Assembly: GCA_017652125.1 (NCBI GenBank)
Contig: JAGCBO010000058.1
Coordinates: forward strand, 1,409 to 65,408
Origin: Clostridia bacterium
Lineage (GTDB): Bacteria > Bacillota > Clostridia > Christensenellales > Aristaeellaceae
Reading direction: 5' to 3'
Length of the DNA: 64,000 nt
Made by a program: the position numbers and the translations under genes. Positions 18,260 to 28,498 of the stretch are shown piece by piece; the stretch's first letter is position 1; the number at the start of each line of letters is the position of its first letter. Under the pieces are notes generated by a model. The model was given only the letters and a program-made list of their open reading frames with translations. It was not told the origin of the DNA and searched no databases.

Positions 18260-19615
18260 TCAGGGATCGCTGCGCTTGGAATAGTCGCCGCCGGGGGCGC
18301 AGCGGTAATACACGGTTCCGGGGGTCAGCTGAACGCCGTCCTTGGCAAAGAGCTCGTCAATGGTCAGCAGCATATAGCCCTGTTCTTCGGCATAGCGGGC
18401 AATCCGGCGGGCGGATTCCGCGGTGTTGGGCTTGATATCGTGGCAGAGAATGATATCGCCGTCCCGAAGCTTGCTGCGGACCTTGCTCATGACCTGGCCG
18501 GAACTGATTCCGCGCCAGTCATAGGTATCCAGGCTCCACTGGATGAAAGCCCAGTCCACGCCGGATGAGACCATGCGCGGATACAGCCCTCCGGGCACCC
18601 GGTCGTAGCGTACCGGAATGCCGATGACCTTGTTCATCGCGGCGTTGACCTGTCCCGGCATCGCTTTCAGCTGGCTTCCGGAAATCTTGCGCACATCCCC
18701 GTGGTGCCAGTTGTGGCTGGCAACCGCGTGCCCCTCGTCATGCTCCCGCTGCACCAGCCAGAAGTAATCCTCCACCCGGTTCCCGATGACAAAGAAGGTT
18801 CCCCGGGCGCCGGTTTCCATCAGGGCGGTCAGCACGTTGGCGGTATTGGTATTGACCGGCCCGTCGTCGAAGGTCAGGGCGCAGGTTTTGTAGTAGCGCA
18901 GGTTATCGGTTTCCTCATAGGCCTTCGGCGTCATCCAGCCCTGAATTTCGGGATAATAAAAGGGAACCTCCATCAGGGTCTGCCGCTCCGGATAGAGCGC
19001 CGAGGCAGGAAAATGCAGCACCAGGCTCATCCCGTGGAGGGTGAAGGGCGTGCCGGCCAGAGCGCCGGGGGTACACAGAGCGCTCAGCGCGGAGGGATCC
19101 GGTTCAGCGTCCGGCCAGTACGCGGTCAGCGTATCCCGGACCCGCTGCTCCACAAAGTTCCAGGCATCCACGTCATCCCCGAAGATATCGGTCAGCGTCA
19201 CGGGAGCGCCGGTTTCCATGTCATAGGTGCGGGTGGTGAAGCGCTGACCCGTGACCTTCCGGTGATAGGTCGTCCTCGCCTGAATCAGGAAGGAGAGCCA
19301 GTGCAGCCCGGTGCGGCTGTAGCGGATTTCCACGTCCAGCCGGCTGTTGCCGCCGGTCGCGTTGGCGGCGGCGGGAAGGCCCTCGCCCAGCTCTTCGGCC
19401 CAGGCTTTGGCAATGCCGTTGATTTCTTCCGTCACCGGATCCAGGGCGGTCTGCACCTGCCACAGGCGGACGACGGAGCGGTTCGCGTTTTTGGTGTCCG
19501 TATACGAATTCTTTACTTTATGGCAGTCCTGCAGCGGTTCCGCCGCCGCGGCGCTCAGGGACAGCAGGGACAGAAGCATACTCAGCACCAGCAGTGCGCA
19601 GAGCAGTTTTTTCAT
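18260..19615 (-). CDS. Secreted polysaccharide/peptidoglycan deacetylase (CE4, NodB domain) with N-terminal PdaC-like region
   Basis: Signal peptide, TFDDGP, HNWHH, RVPGG, DTYDW, LCHD. Confidence 0.9.
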   Translation of the reverse strand: MKKLLCALLVLSMLLSLLSLSAAAAEPLQDCHKVKNSYTDTKNANRSVVRLWQVQTALDPVTEEINGIAKAWAEELGEGLPAAANATGGNSRLDVEIRYSRTGLHWLSFLIQARTTYHRKVTGQRFTTRTYDMETGAPVTLTDIFGDDVDAWNFVEQRVRDTLTAYWPDAEPDPSALSALCTPGALAGTPFTLHGMSLVLHFPASALYPERQTLMEVPFYYPEIQGWMTPKAYEETDNLRYYKTCALTFDDGPVNTNTANVLTALMETGARGTFFVIGNRVEDYFWLVQREHDEGHAVASHNWHHGDVRKISGSQLKAMPGQVNAAMNKVIGIPVRYDRVPGGLYPRMVSSGVDWAFIQWSLDTYDWRGISSGQVMSKVRSKLRDGDIILCHDIKPNTAESARRIARYAEEQGYMLLTIDELFAKDGVQLTPGTVYYRCAPGGDYSKRSDP

Positions 19616-19685
19616 GGAGAACCTCCCATCCGGTAAAATTCTTCTGAATCATACACTGAAGCAGGGAAAAATGCAAACGCGGGAA

Positions 19686-19714
19686 TTGAATAATTCCGTC
19701 AGATACAGTATAAT
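19686..19714 (+). promoter_or_regulatory. sigma70/SigA-type promoter
   Basis: TTGAAT-17 bp-TATAAT. Confidence 0.6.
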
Positions 19715-19764
19715 TGAAAAAGAGAAGCGCCGTGCACAGGCATGGCAAAAAGGAGGATGAAGCA

Positions 19765-21216
19765 ATGAACAGTGTATTGGCTGTCCTGACGGCTCTGGTA
19801 ATGGTTTTCTCCGGGCTCGCCGGGATGACGTCGAAAATGGAAGCTCCGATTACGATCGAGAGTACCGCCTCGATTCAGATGGATACGGTGAATGCCCTGC
19901 TGGATGATGTGATTGAAATCCGGTCGGCTGAGATCAGCCCGGAGTACAGGGAAGCGTACGTCGAGCTCATGCAGGAGCAGACGCAGAAGGCCCGGGGGAT
20001 CCTCGCGCTGGCCGCCACGCTGATCAATCAGGTCTCCGCCCGGTATGTGGTGGATCAGGGTTATCTCGAAGGCGGCCTCTATGCCAACGGTGAAGCGCTG
20101 CTGAACGGCGCCGCCCTGGCCGATGCAAAGGGGATTACCCTGGTTTCCAGTCTTCTGGGGAATACCGCGCTGACGCTGAGCGGAGCGGATGCGCAGGAAA
20201 TTCTGAAGACCGGTCTGGAAGAGCTGAAAAAGCTGTTCTCCGGTCTGACCATCGGCGGGCAGGCAGTCACCCCGGCGACCATTCCGCAGCTGGATCCCGA
20301 GGCGCTGGCCGCGGTGATGAACGAAATGACCGCTGAAATAACCCAGGGGATCATGTCGAAGATGGGGGCGCCGGAAGCCGGCACCTTTGTCGTGGACGAT
20401 ATGCAGTTCGCCATGCGCGTGCCCTTCAACATTTCGGAGAAGGAAGTCAAGCTGATAGCGCTGAAAGCGGTGAAAAAGGCCCTGGACAGCGAAGCAGCCC
20501 AGAAGCTGCTGAAGGCGATTCCGCAGGCGGAGCAGCTGACCGCGAAGATTGACGAGAAGCTGGCCGAAGTGGAAGTCTGGGCGGACGATCAGCCGATTTA
20601 TGCCTATGTCTATACGACAGAGGATCAGAAAGCCTCCTATTTCCATGTCAAACGGCATGAATCGGAGATGGCGGCCTGCCTGGGCTTCGGTGTGATCGGC
20701 GAAGAGATGGTGATCAACGCTTCTTCCGGAGTCAACCATAAAGACGTCCGCGTGACCGCGGTCTTCAACAAGGACGGCGCCCTCATTTCAGCGGAAAAGC
20801 CGATGGCCAACGAACAGAAGGCGACCTTCAATATGCAGGTCCAGGGGACGAAGCTGAACGCGAATCTGGAAATCCCGCTGCCGACGGGCAAGTCTGTCGT
20901 CGCGACGGCTGTGGCGGACAATACCGGAACGCAGGAAACGGTGACATACGGCGGGAACGAACTGGCTTCCCAGACGGTCCGGATTCTGACCGGCGGGAAG
21001 GTTGAGCGGCTGACGGAAGGCAAGACGGACAGCTTTGATCTGGCGAGCCTGCTCAAGGATGAAAGCGGCGAAACCATGAAGACGCTGACCACCAAGCTGA
21101 CCAGCGGCGCGCTGACCCTGATGGCGAAAATGATGTCCCTGGTCGGAACAGAGGAAAACGCGAAGACGCTGGTGGATCTGATTCCCGCGGGAGCGTTCGC
21201 GCCTTCTTCCAACTGA
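19765..21216 (+). CDS. Hypothetical exported/membrane-anchored protein
   Basis: AAGGAGG RBS, hydrophobic N-terminus, host-like codon bias, no recognisable motif. Confidence 0.8.
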   Translation: MNSVLAVLTALVMVFSGLAGMTSKMEAPITIESTASIQMDTVNALLDDVIEIRSAEISPEYREAYVELMQEQTQKARGILALAATLINQVSARYVVDQGYLEGGLYANGEALLNGAALADAKGITLVSSLLGNTALTLSGADAQEILKTGLEELKKLFSGLTIGGQAVTPATIPQLDPEALAAVMNEMTAEITQGIMSKMGAPEAGTFVVDDMQFAMRVPFNISEKEVKLIALKAVKKALDSEAAQKLLKAIPQAEQLTAKIDEKLAEVEVWADDQPIYAYVYTTEDQKASYFHVKRHESEMAACLGFGVIGEEMVINASSGVNHKDVRVTAVFNKDGALISAEKPMANEQKATFNMQVQGTKLNANLEIPLPTGKSVVATAVADNTGTQETVTYGGNELASQTVRILTGGKVERLTEGKTDSFDLASLLKDESGETMKTLTTKLTSGALTLMAKMMSLVGTEENAKTLVDLIPAGAFAPSSN

Positions 21217-21263
21217 TCGGGAAATAAGGATCTGCTCCGTTTATTTTCGGAAAAGATCCTGAG

Positions 21264-21313
21264 AAAAAGGCTGTGAGGCCCGGGATTTCCTCCCGGCTTC
21301 ACAGCCTTTTTTT
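21264..21313. terminator. Bidirectional rho-independent terminator
   Basis: aaaaaggctgtgagg...cttcacagccttttttt. Confidence 0.8.
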
Positions 21314-21365
21314 GTCAGAAATCAATTCGCAGAAAAAGCAATTCGTCAAAAATCAGTCCGGAAAA

Positions 21366-22202
21366 TCAGCCGGCGCCGTTCTCCAGGGCGGCCCGCATTT
21401 TTTCACAGTATTCCGCTTCTTTCTCAGCGGTATATTTTCCGGCCAGGAACAGAGGCAGCGCCTCATCCCGGAAGGTCTGCCAGCAGGCGGCTTCCTTGCC
21501 GGGGATGATCGGATAGAACAGCGCCCCGGCCTCGTGGGCGGCCACAGCGTCCTGATTGGCGTCCCCGACCATCAGCACACAGACGGCTCCGCTCAGAGAC
21601 ATGGCTTTTTTCAGCTGATCGGGCTTCAGCCCGTCCTCCTGCCCCATCATGATATCCACATGGCGCATCAGACCGCCGAAGACCCAGTCCTTTTCCAGCT
21701 CTTCCCGGGAGGCCGCGGAGATCACGGCCACCGCGGCGCCCTTGCCGGCCTCCTTCAGCGCTTCCTGCACGCCGTCATACGGCATCAGGCCTTCGCAGGC
21801 CCGGGCGATCAGCACGTTGGAGCGGATGGACCAGGCCAGCACCTTGCTCAGCGCGGCGGAGGGATGACTGGTCATCCAGTCCTGCAGGGAGAAGGTGGAA
21901 TACCGGGTTGCATTGCGGACATATTCCCGCAGCGGCTCCAGATTCGGAAGCTCCGGTTCGTCGGGATAGATTTTCTCCAGCTGCTCAAAGGTTTCCAGCA
22001 AAGCGGGAAAGCGGTTGGTCCCCCGCAGATCGGAGTAAAGGTTCACCTGTTTATAGATGTCCACAAAGGTGCGGGCCACATCCTCCTCCATGGTCCAGAT
22101 TTCCAGGGCGGCGGGAATAAAGGCTTCCAGGTGCTTATGATTGACGCTGTCAAAGGCTGTGCCGTCGGAATCAACGCCCAGCAAAAAGCGGGATGGGATC
22201 AT
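21366..22202 (-). CDS. HAD-superfamily hydrolase (phosphatase)
   Basis: DSDGT motif I, ISAA motif II, K, VGDANQD motif IV; GAGGAGG RBS before ATG at 22202. Confidence 0.88.
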   Translation of the reverse strand: MIPSRFLLGVDSDGTAFDSVNHKHLEAFIPAALEIWTMEEDVARTFVDIYKQVNLYSDLRGTNRFPALLETFEQLEKIYPDEPELPNLEPLREYVRNATRYSTFSLQDWMTSHPSAALSKVLAWSIRSNVLIARACEGLMPYDGVQEALKEAGKGAAVAVISAASREELEKDWVFGGLMRHVDIMMGQEDGLKPDQLKKAMSLSGAVCVLMVGDANQDAVAAHEAGALFYPIIPGKEAACWQTFRDEALPLFLAGKYTAEKEAEYCEKMRAALENGAG

Positions 22203-22405
22203 GCTCTTCCTCCTCTGTGACAGTAAGATATGAAATTCCGTGCCGACTAAGCAGATTATACCGGTTTTCAGGGGGAATAGCAAGCTTTTCCTTTGCCGGG
22301 AAGTCTTGAAGAACGGGCGGAAGTATGATAAAGTAAAGCGTATCCGAATACAAAAAAATCAGAAAGCGCCCGCTCCGCCGGGCCGGAAAGAAGGATAGAA
22401 AAACG

Positions 22406-22882
22406 ATGAAAAAAAGAATGATTGCTTTACTCGTTCTGCTCGCGATGGTTCTGAGCGCGGCCTGCGGTCTGGCGGAAGCCGGAGAGGGGGAGAACCTGAT
22501 CGGCCGCTGGGATGCGACGGCGGAAAGTCTGGCGGCCGTGCTGGAGCTGCCCGAAGGCCACGGTCAGGCGATGACCGTCGCGATTGCCCGCCAGGGGGAT
22601 TTCTTTGACATTCAGATGGAATGGACGCTGAGCCCCGCGGAGCGGATCAGCTGGGTGCTTTCGGGCAGCTATGATCCCGCGAATGAAGAGCTTTTCGGCT
22701 TCGGCACCAAAACCCGGCTGGGGCTGGACGCGTCCGGAGAGGTGATTTCCGCCTCGGTCGAAAACGATGAGGTCAACGCGGAATTCTATCTCGATGAAAA
22801 CGGGAAGCTGACCTGGTGGGACAGCGAGGAAGGCCTGGAGGGCATCCTCTTTGAAAAAGCGGTCATGGAAACGGCGGAATAA
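22406..22882 (+). CDS. Small acidic secreted hypothetical protein
   Basis: Signal peptide MKKRMIALLVLL..., beta-rich acidic mature region. Confidence 0.75.
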   Translation: MKKRMIALLVLLAMVLSAACGLAEAGEGENLIGRWDATAESLAAVLELPEGHGQAMTVAIARQGDFFDIQMEWTLSPAERISWVLSGSYDPANEELFGFGTKTRLGLDASGEVISASVENDEVNAEFYLDENGKLTWWDSEEGLEGILFEKAVMETAE

Positions 22883-22924
22883 GGACATTGGAATAAGAAC
22901 AGCGGACTGAGCGGAGGCATAAGC

Positions 22925-23896
22925 ATGGAACCGATCCGGGTGAATCTGTGGGAAGAGGGAGAATATACCTATCCCGCGGCCTTTGGATTCCGGCCGAATC
23001 TGCGGCTGTATCTGCATGAGGATGACGAGGTGCGCCCCTGCGTACTGGTCATTCCGGGCGGAGGATACCGCTATGTTTCCCCTTCGGAAGGGGAGATCGT
23101 TGCCAGGTGCTTTTTTGATAAAGGCTATCAGACCCTGGTGGGCACCTATACGGTGAACTGCGGGGATCTTGCTCCGCTGAAAACACAGCCTCTGCAGGAT
23201 CTGGCCAGAATGGTCCGCGTGATCCGGAAAAATGCCGCGGCCTGGCGGGTGAATCCTTCCGGGATCGTGCTGTGCGGTTTTTCCGCCGGGGCTCACGCCT
23301 GCGGTTCTCTCTGCGTCTTCTGGAAAGAGGTCCGGGAGGAGAATGACGGCTATGCTTCCTTCTCCTGCCGGCCGGACGGGGCTATTCTGTCTTACCCCGT
23401 GATCACTTCCGGGCCCAGCGCCCATCGGGATTCGTTCGTTGCCCTGCTGGGGGCTTCGGCGGGCCCGGAGGAGCTGTGGAAGATGAGCCTGGAATGCCAG
23501 GTCACCCCGGATACGCCTCCTGTTTTCCTGTGGCAGACCGCCAACGACGGATCGGTGCCGGTGGAGAACAGCTACCTGATGGCGCAGGCGCTGAAGGCAG
23601 CCGGCGTTCCCTTTTCACACCATGTATTTCCCAGGGGGCAGCATGGGCTGTCTCTGTCCAACCGGGACTGGGAGGAACGCAACTTCGGCGAACCCTATAC
23701 GCTGGAGCAGAGCCGGCTGACCGCCGAAGCGGCGCTGAGGGGAGAGGTACAGCTTCCTCCCCGGGGGCAGGAAATGCTGGCCGGATTCCTTCACCCGGAC
23801 AGCCCGCCGGCGACGAAATGGACCAATATTCCGGTCCGGGAAGCGGCGGTCTGGCCGGATCTCGCTGACTGCTGGATGCAGGAGAACATCACATAA
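22925..23896 (+). CDS. Alpha/beta hydrolase (acetyl/feruloyl esterase-like)
   Basis: PGGGY, GFSAG nucleophile elbow, DGSVP, HGL. Confidence 0.9.
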   Translation: MEPIRVNLWEEGEYTYPAAFGFRPNLRLYLHEDDEVRPCVLVIPGGGYRYVSPSEGEIVARCFFDKGYQTLVGTYTVNCGDLAPLKTQPLQDLARMVRVIRKNAAAWRVNPSGIVLCGFSAGAHACGSLCVFWKEVREENDGYASFSCRPDGAILSYPVITSGPSAHRDSFVALLGASAGPEELWKMSLECQVTPDTPPVFLWQTANDGSVPVENSYLMAQALKAAGVPFSHHVFPRGQHGLSLSNRDWEERNFGEPYTLEQSRLTAEAALRGEVQLPPRGQEMLAGFLHPDSPPATKWTNIPVREAAVWPDLADCWMQENIT

Positions 23897-23902
23897 GTTA
23901 GG

Positions 23903-24559
23903 GTGGTTCAATTGATCTATCAGTGGGAATGCAGACAGCTCTGGCAGTATTTCGACGCCGGGAGCCGGGCAGTGGAGCGCAATTCGGAAGAAATCGCAAA
24001 GCTGGAGCCGGAAACCCGGCGGGAATTGCTGACCCGTATTTCCCGGGCGATCGATCAGTACATTCTTGACTTTCAGGGAACTCCCGAGGAATTCTGCCGG
24101 CTGGTGGGGACGGCGGTGAATGATCTGTACCGGACAGCGGACCGCCTTTCCCGTTACACGGAGCGGCAGCAGGCCTATCTGGCCGCGACGGCCCGGCCGA
24201 TGATGGATGCGCTGAAAAAAAGAGGGATCACCGTTCATTTTGCCACGATGAACGGCATGGCGGCCGGGCGGCCGAAATCCGATATCCTGATCGCCCGGAA
24301 GTTCTGGAATGACTGCGGTTTTTTCTTTTTCGAGACGGTTTCCTATCCGGACCGGAAGATTGCGCTGCGGCATATGGCGGGCAAACTGAAGGAAATCGGA
24401 AAAGTCAGTTATGTGATGATGATTCCCGACGGAAACAAGACGGAGTTCAGGCCTTTTTATGAATCGGTCGGCAGTCAGGGAATCATGAGCTTTTTTAAAA
24501 GCCAGCCGCCGGAGGACGGGACGTACAAAGCGTATCCGTTCCGTCCGGCGAATGCGTGA
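23903..24559 (+). CDS. Hypothetical cytoplasmic protein
   Basis: 218-codon ORF directly after the esterase, plausible composition, start uncertain. Confidence 0.65.
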   Translation: MVQLIYQWECRQLWQYFDAGSRAVERNSEEIAKLEPETRRELLTRISRAIDQYILDFQGTPEEFCRLVGTAVNDLYRTADRLSRYTERQQAYLAATARPMMDALKKRGITVHFATMNGMAAGRPKSDILIARKFWNDCGFFFFETVSYPDRKIALRHMAGKLKEIGKVSYVMMIPDGNKTEFRPFYESVGSQGIMSFFKSQPPEDGTYKAYPFRPANA

Positions 24560-24562
24560 GGA

Positions 24563-25246
24563 TCAGGGCAGGGATACGGCTCCCACGGGAACGAAGGTGA
24601 AGGTCACGGTCCAGACGGCTTCCTTTCCGTTTTTGTTGACCGCGGTCAGCGTCTGCCCGACGGAAAAGCCGTGGACGATTTCTTCGGCGACGGGCGTATA
24701 GACGGTTCCGAGAGTGCCGGAAGCCTGGGCTTTGGCGCTTTTGCTCTTCAGGCCGGAAAAGAGGGTGAAGGGTACGTCCGGCGCGAGGGTGACGGTCAGC
24801 CCCTTCTCCGGCAGAAGCAGGCCGTTGACTTCAAACAGCCGGGACCAGGTTTTTCCCAGCCCGTGATAGTCCTTGCAGACAGCGGTGACGGAGGCGTTCA
24901 TCATGACGGCTTCCCCGCTGGCTGAGGCGGCCTGAATCCGTTCCTCATCCGCCACGCTGAGATATTCCGCCAGGATATATCCGCTGCCCCCGGAACAGGA
25001 AACGGCATACCAGGCGGCGCCGTTTCCGTCTTCTTCCGTCCCTGTGACGGTGACCCGGTCCCCGAGGGAAAGCTTACCGATCCGCTCCGCGCCGGAGCGG
25101 GGGCCGCGCCGCAGGTTGACGGAGGCATGATTCACCACGCCGCGGGCGGGAAAGGACAGGGCGGCGGCGGACGAAACGGAAACAAGAACCATCAGCAGGA
25201 CGGCCAGCCGGCAGAAGGCTGAAAAAGAATACCGGAACGGTTTCAT
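24563..25246 (-). CDS. Secreted SH3b-domain protein
   Basis: AAGGAGG RBS, signal peptide, VNLRRGP..L.GD.V..W..V..GYI..EYL pattern. Confidence 0.82.
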   Translation of the reverse strand: MKPFRYSFSAFCRLAVLLMVLVSVSSAAALSFPARGVVNHASVNLRRGPRSGAERIGKLSLGDRVTVTGTEEDGNGAAWYAVSCSGGSGYILAEYLSVADEERIQAASASGEAVMMNASVTAVCKDYHGLGKTWSRLFEVNGLLLPEKGLTVTLAPDVPFTLFSGLKSKSAKAQASGTLGTVYTPVAEEIVHGFSVGQTLTAVNKNGKEAVWTVTFTFVPVGAVSLP

Positions 25247-25382
25247 GAGGCTCCTCCTTCTCCGCAAAACAGACGACCTGCGCTGCCTGCGGACAGGCTT
25301 ATTGTACCATGGACGTTTCGGAGTGTAAATCAGAGGATCCGCCGGAAAAGGAGGATCCGGTACAGGGGGTTGACAGGGAAAA

Positions 25383-26186
25383 ATGAATGAGGACCGGTTT
25401 GAACTGACGGTGCTCGGAACACGGGGATCGATGGCGGTATCAGGCCCTGAATACGCGATCTTTGGCGGCGCCACATCCTGCTATCAGATCCGGGCCGGGA
25501 AGGAAACGATTTTCCTGGACGGAGGCAGCGGACTGGCCTGCGCACAGGCGGATTTTCCGCATCCGCCGGTGGTTTTTCTGAGCCATCTGCATCTGGATCA
25601 TCTGATGGGACTGGGCATGTATTCCCGGCTGTCCGCGCGCGGGAAATATACGGAAATCGCTGTTCCCGTGCGGAATGGGGAGGATCCGGCCGCGCTGCTG
25701 GACGGGCTGTATTCACCGCCTTACTGGCCGCTGAAGCTGACGAAGTATGCGGGGGATGTACGGATCGTTCCGCTGCGGCTGCCTGTATCCGTCGGGGAGT
25801 TGCTCGTGGACGGGCTGCTGGGCTGTCATCCGGGGGACTGTGAGATCTTCCGGGTTTCCTGGCGGGGGCGGTCTCTGGTGTATATGACGGATTATGAGCC
25901 CGGGGAGCTGACGGAAGAGGAAGCCATTGCCTTTGCAAAGGGTGCGGACTGGATTCTGTATGACGGACAGTATACGGAGCGGGAGTATCTGGGGAAAAAA
26001 GGATTCGGCCATTCCACAGCGGAGTGCGGCCTGCGTTTCATGCGGCAGTGCGGCGCCGGCCATATGCTGATTATCCATCATGATCCGCTCAGTACGGACG
26101 AGGAACTGCTGCGGCGGGAAGCTGCTCTGGGGCTGCCGGAAGTCCGTTACGCGCGGCAGGGGGATGTGATCCGGATCGACGGCTGA
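25383..26186 (+). CDS. MBL-fold metallo-hydrolase (RNase Z/phosphodiesterase-like)
   Basis: LGTRGS, HLHLDH, TDYE, DGQY, GHST, HHDP. Confidence 0.9.
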   Translation: MNEDRFELTVLGTRGSMAVSGPEYAIFGGATSCYQIRAGKETIFLDGGSGLACAQADFPHPPVVFLSHLHLDHLMGLGMYSRLSARGKYTEIAVPVRNGEDPAALLDGLYSPPYWPLKLTKYAGDVRIVPLRLPVSVGELLVDGLLGCHPGDCEIFRVSWRGRSLVYMTDYEPGELTEEEAIAFAKGADWILYDGQYTEREYLGKKGFGHSTAECGLRFMRQCGAGHMLIIHHDPLSTDEELLRREAALGLPEVRYARQGDVIRIDG

Positions 26187-26256
26187 ACCGGAGACAGACA
26201 GGGAGTCAGGCGGGCGGGCATCGTCCGCCCGGAAATACACAGAGGAGGGACTTCGG

Positions 26257-27342
26257 ATGGAACACGGGAATCCGCTGCTGAAAAAGAATTCGGGAAAGAA
26301 ATTTATTACCATGGGGGAGATCATGCTGCGGCTGACGCCTCCGAATTACGATAAAATCCGCATGACCAATTCCTTTGAAGCCTCCTACGGCGGCAGCGAG
26401 GCGAATATCGCGCTGGCGCTGGCCAGTCTGGGGGTGGATGCCACCTTCTTTACGGTGGTGCCGAACAATTCCCTCGGAAAGAGCGCGATCCGCAGCCTGC
26501 GGTCGGGCGACGTGCACTGCACTCCGGTGATCCTTTCCACCCCGGAACAGACGCCGACCCACCGTCTGGGAACCTATTATCTGGAAACCGGCTTCGGTAT
26601 CCGGGCCAGCAAGGTGATCTATGACCGGAAGCATTCCGCACTGACGGAATATGATTTTTCAGGCTATGATCTGAAGGATCTGCTGTGCGAGTTTGACTGG
26701 CTGCATCTTTCCGGCATTACGCCGGCGCTGTCGCCTTCCTGTGCCGATCTGATCCTGGATATGCTCAGAACCGCGAAGGAGCTGGGGCTGACGGTCTCCT
26801 TTGACGGCAATTTCCGTTCCGCCCTCTGGACCTGGGAGGAAGCGAGAGATTACTGTACACGCTGCCTGCCCTATGTGGACGTGCTTCTGGGAATCGAACC
26901 CTATCATCTGTGGAAGGACGAGGAGGATCACAGCAGGGGAGACTGGAAGGACGGCGTGCCGCTGCAGCCGGATTATGAGCAGCAGGACGAGGTCTTTCAG
27001 CAGTTTGTCCGGCGGTATCCCAATCTGAAGTGCATTGCCCGCCATGTGCGGTATGCCCATTCCGGATCGGAAAACAGCCTGAAGGCCTTTATGTGGTATG
27101 AGGGCCATACCTTTGAGAGCAAACAGTTTACCTTCACCATTCTGGACCGGGTCGGCGGCGGCGATGCTTTTGCTTCCGGGCTGATCTACGCAATGATGAA
27201 GGGGGATAAGCCGATGGATATCCTGAATTTCGCCGTCGCGTCTTCGGTCATCAAGCATACGATTCACGGGGACGCAAACATAACGGATGACGCTTCCGCC
27301 ATCCGCAATCTGATGAATATGAATTATGATATCAAGCGGTAA
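26257..27342 (+). CDS. kdgK: PfkB-family sugar kinase, 2-keto-3-deoxygluconate kinase-like
   Basis: GEIMLRL, GGSEAN, LSGITPAL, DRVGGGDAF. Confidence 0.82.
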   Translation: MEHGNPLLKKNSGKKFITMGEIMLRLTPPNYDKIRMTNSFEASYGGSEANIALALASLGVDATFFTVVPNNSLGKSAIRSLRSGDVHCTPVILSTPEQTPTHRLGTYYLETGFGIRASKVIYDRKHSALTEYDFSGYDLKDLLCEFDWLHLSGITPALSPSCADLILDMLRTAKELGLTVSFDGNFRSALWTWEEARDYCTRCLPYVDVLLGIEPYHLWKDEEDHSRGDWKDGVPLQPDYEQQDEVFQQFVRRYPNLKCIARHVRYAHSGSENSLKAFMWYEGHTFESKQFTFTILDRVGGGDAFASGLIYAMMKGDKPMDILNFAVASSVIKHTIHGDANITDDASAIRNLMNMNYDIKR

Positions 27343-27369
27343 ACACGGACCGCCGGTCAGTCAGCTTCA

Positions 27370-27395
27370 GGGGCCGTCATGGACGGCCCTTTTTT
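27370..27395. repeat. Left copy of a 26-bp direct repeat (terminator hairpin)
   Basis: ggggccgtcatggacggccctttttt, identical to 35042-35067. Confidence 0.9.
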
Positions 27396-27534
27396 ATATC
27401 CGGCGCATATCATTTCTGTCCTCGGAACGACGGTCATCCCGCAGGCGATTATACAATATTCTTATTCCATTCAGCTTGGAACAACTCAAACGAAATCAAA
27501 AGAATCATCTATGTTGGTTACCTGTTCTCCTTTT

Positions 27535-28485
27535 TCAGAGGCGCTGCTCCACTTCTTCCAGGGATGGCACACTGGTAATGCCACCGTGCTTTTGGGTGGA
27601 CAAGCTGGCCGCTGTGCAGGCGAAACTGACGATTGCTTTCAGTTCATCCTCTGTCAGGTCGGCGGGAGCCTTGCCGCATTTCAGAAAGCGGCTCATGGCG
27701 CTTCCGCCGAAAATATCCCCGGCGCCGGTGGTGTCCACCACATGAATGCCGGACGGACTGTGGACCGTAACACGGCAGTTTCTTGTGGCAGCGTAGCATC
27801 CCTTCGGCCCCAGCGTCGCATAAACTAGCGATACACCATATTCCCAGAGTAATTTCTCCGCGCCAGCCTCCGGAATCAAGCCCCAAAGCCATTCGATTTC
27901 TTCATCGCTGATTTTGACGATATCCGCTTGGTTCAGGCTCCATTCGATGGCTGCCTTTGCGTCCTCTTCACTTTTCCACAATGGTTTGCGAAGGTTGGGA
28001 TCCACACTGATCAGCAGGCCGTGCTGTTTTGCCAGTTCTACAGCCTGGCGGGTTGCGCAGGCAGCGGGTTCATCCGTCAGGGATAGGGTGCCGAAATGGA
28101 ATACCCTGGAATCCGCGATCAGGCTTTCATCGATATCTCCCGGTTTTAAGCAGGTATCCGCGCCGGGTTTCCGGGCAAAACTGAAATCCCTGTTGCCGTT
28201 GGCATCCAGTGAAACGAAGGCGAGGGTGGTAAAAACATCAGGATCCGAAAGCACATTCTTCGTTTCGATCCCCGCACTTTGCAGGGTTTTAATCAGCAGG
28301 CGGCCGAAAAGATCATCTCCCACCTTACCAATCATGGCGGTTTTACAGCCGTACCTGTTCAGCGCGGCCAGAAAATTACCGGGTGCGCCGCCGGGATTTG
28401 CCGCAAGGGTCGGATAGCCCGCATCGTTTACGGAGTTTGGTGCAAAGTCAATCAGCAGTTCTCCCACAGCAACGACATCATACAT
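27535..28485 (-). CDS. Fructokinase (PfkB family)
   Basis: GELLIDF, PGGAPGN, DPNLR, DTTGAGD; GGAGAGG RBS. Confidence 0.88.
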   Translation of the reverse strand: MYDVVAVGELLIDFAPNSVNDAGYPTLAANPGGAPGNFLAALNRYGCKTAMIGKVGDDLFGRLLIKTLQSAGIETKNVLSDPDVFTTLAFVSLDANGNRDFSFARKPGADTCLKPGDIDESLIADSRVFHFGTLSLTDEPAACATRQAVELAKQHGLLISVDPNLRKPLWKSEEDAKAAIEWSLNQADIVKISDEEIEWLWGLIPEAGAEKLLWEYGVSLVYATLGPKGCYAATRNCRVTVHSPSGIHVVDTTGAGDIFGGSAMSRFLKCGKAPADLTEDELKAIVSFACTAASLSTQKHGGITSVPSLEEVEQRL

Positions 28486-28498
28486 GAAATCCTCTCCT

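Noticed and set aside
25383-26186. Metallo-beta-lactamase resistance gene
   Set aside because: The motif set is RNase Z/phosphodiesterase-like and the protein is cytoplasmic.
27379-27828. 149-aa plus-strand ORF at the left islet edge as a recombinase remnant
   Set aside because: Mostly antisense to fructokinase; no integrase or transposase motifs.
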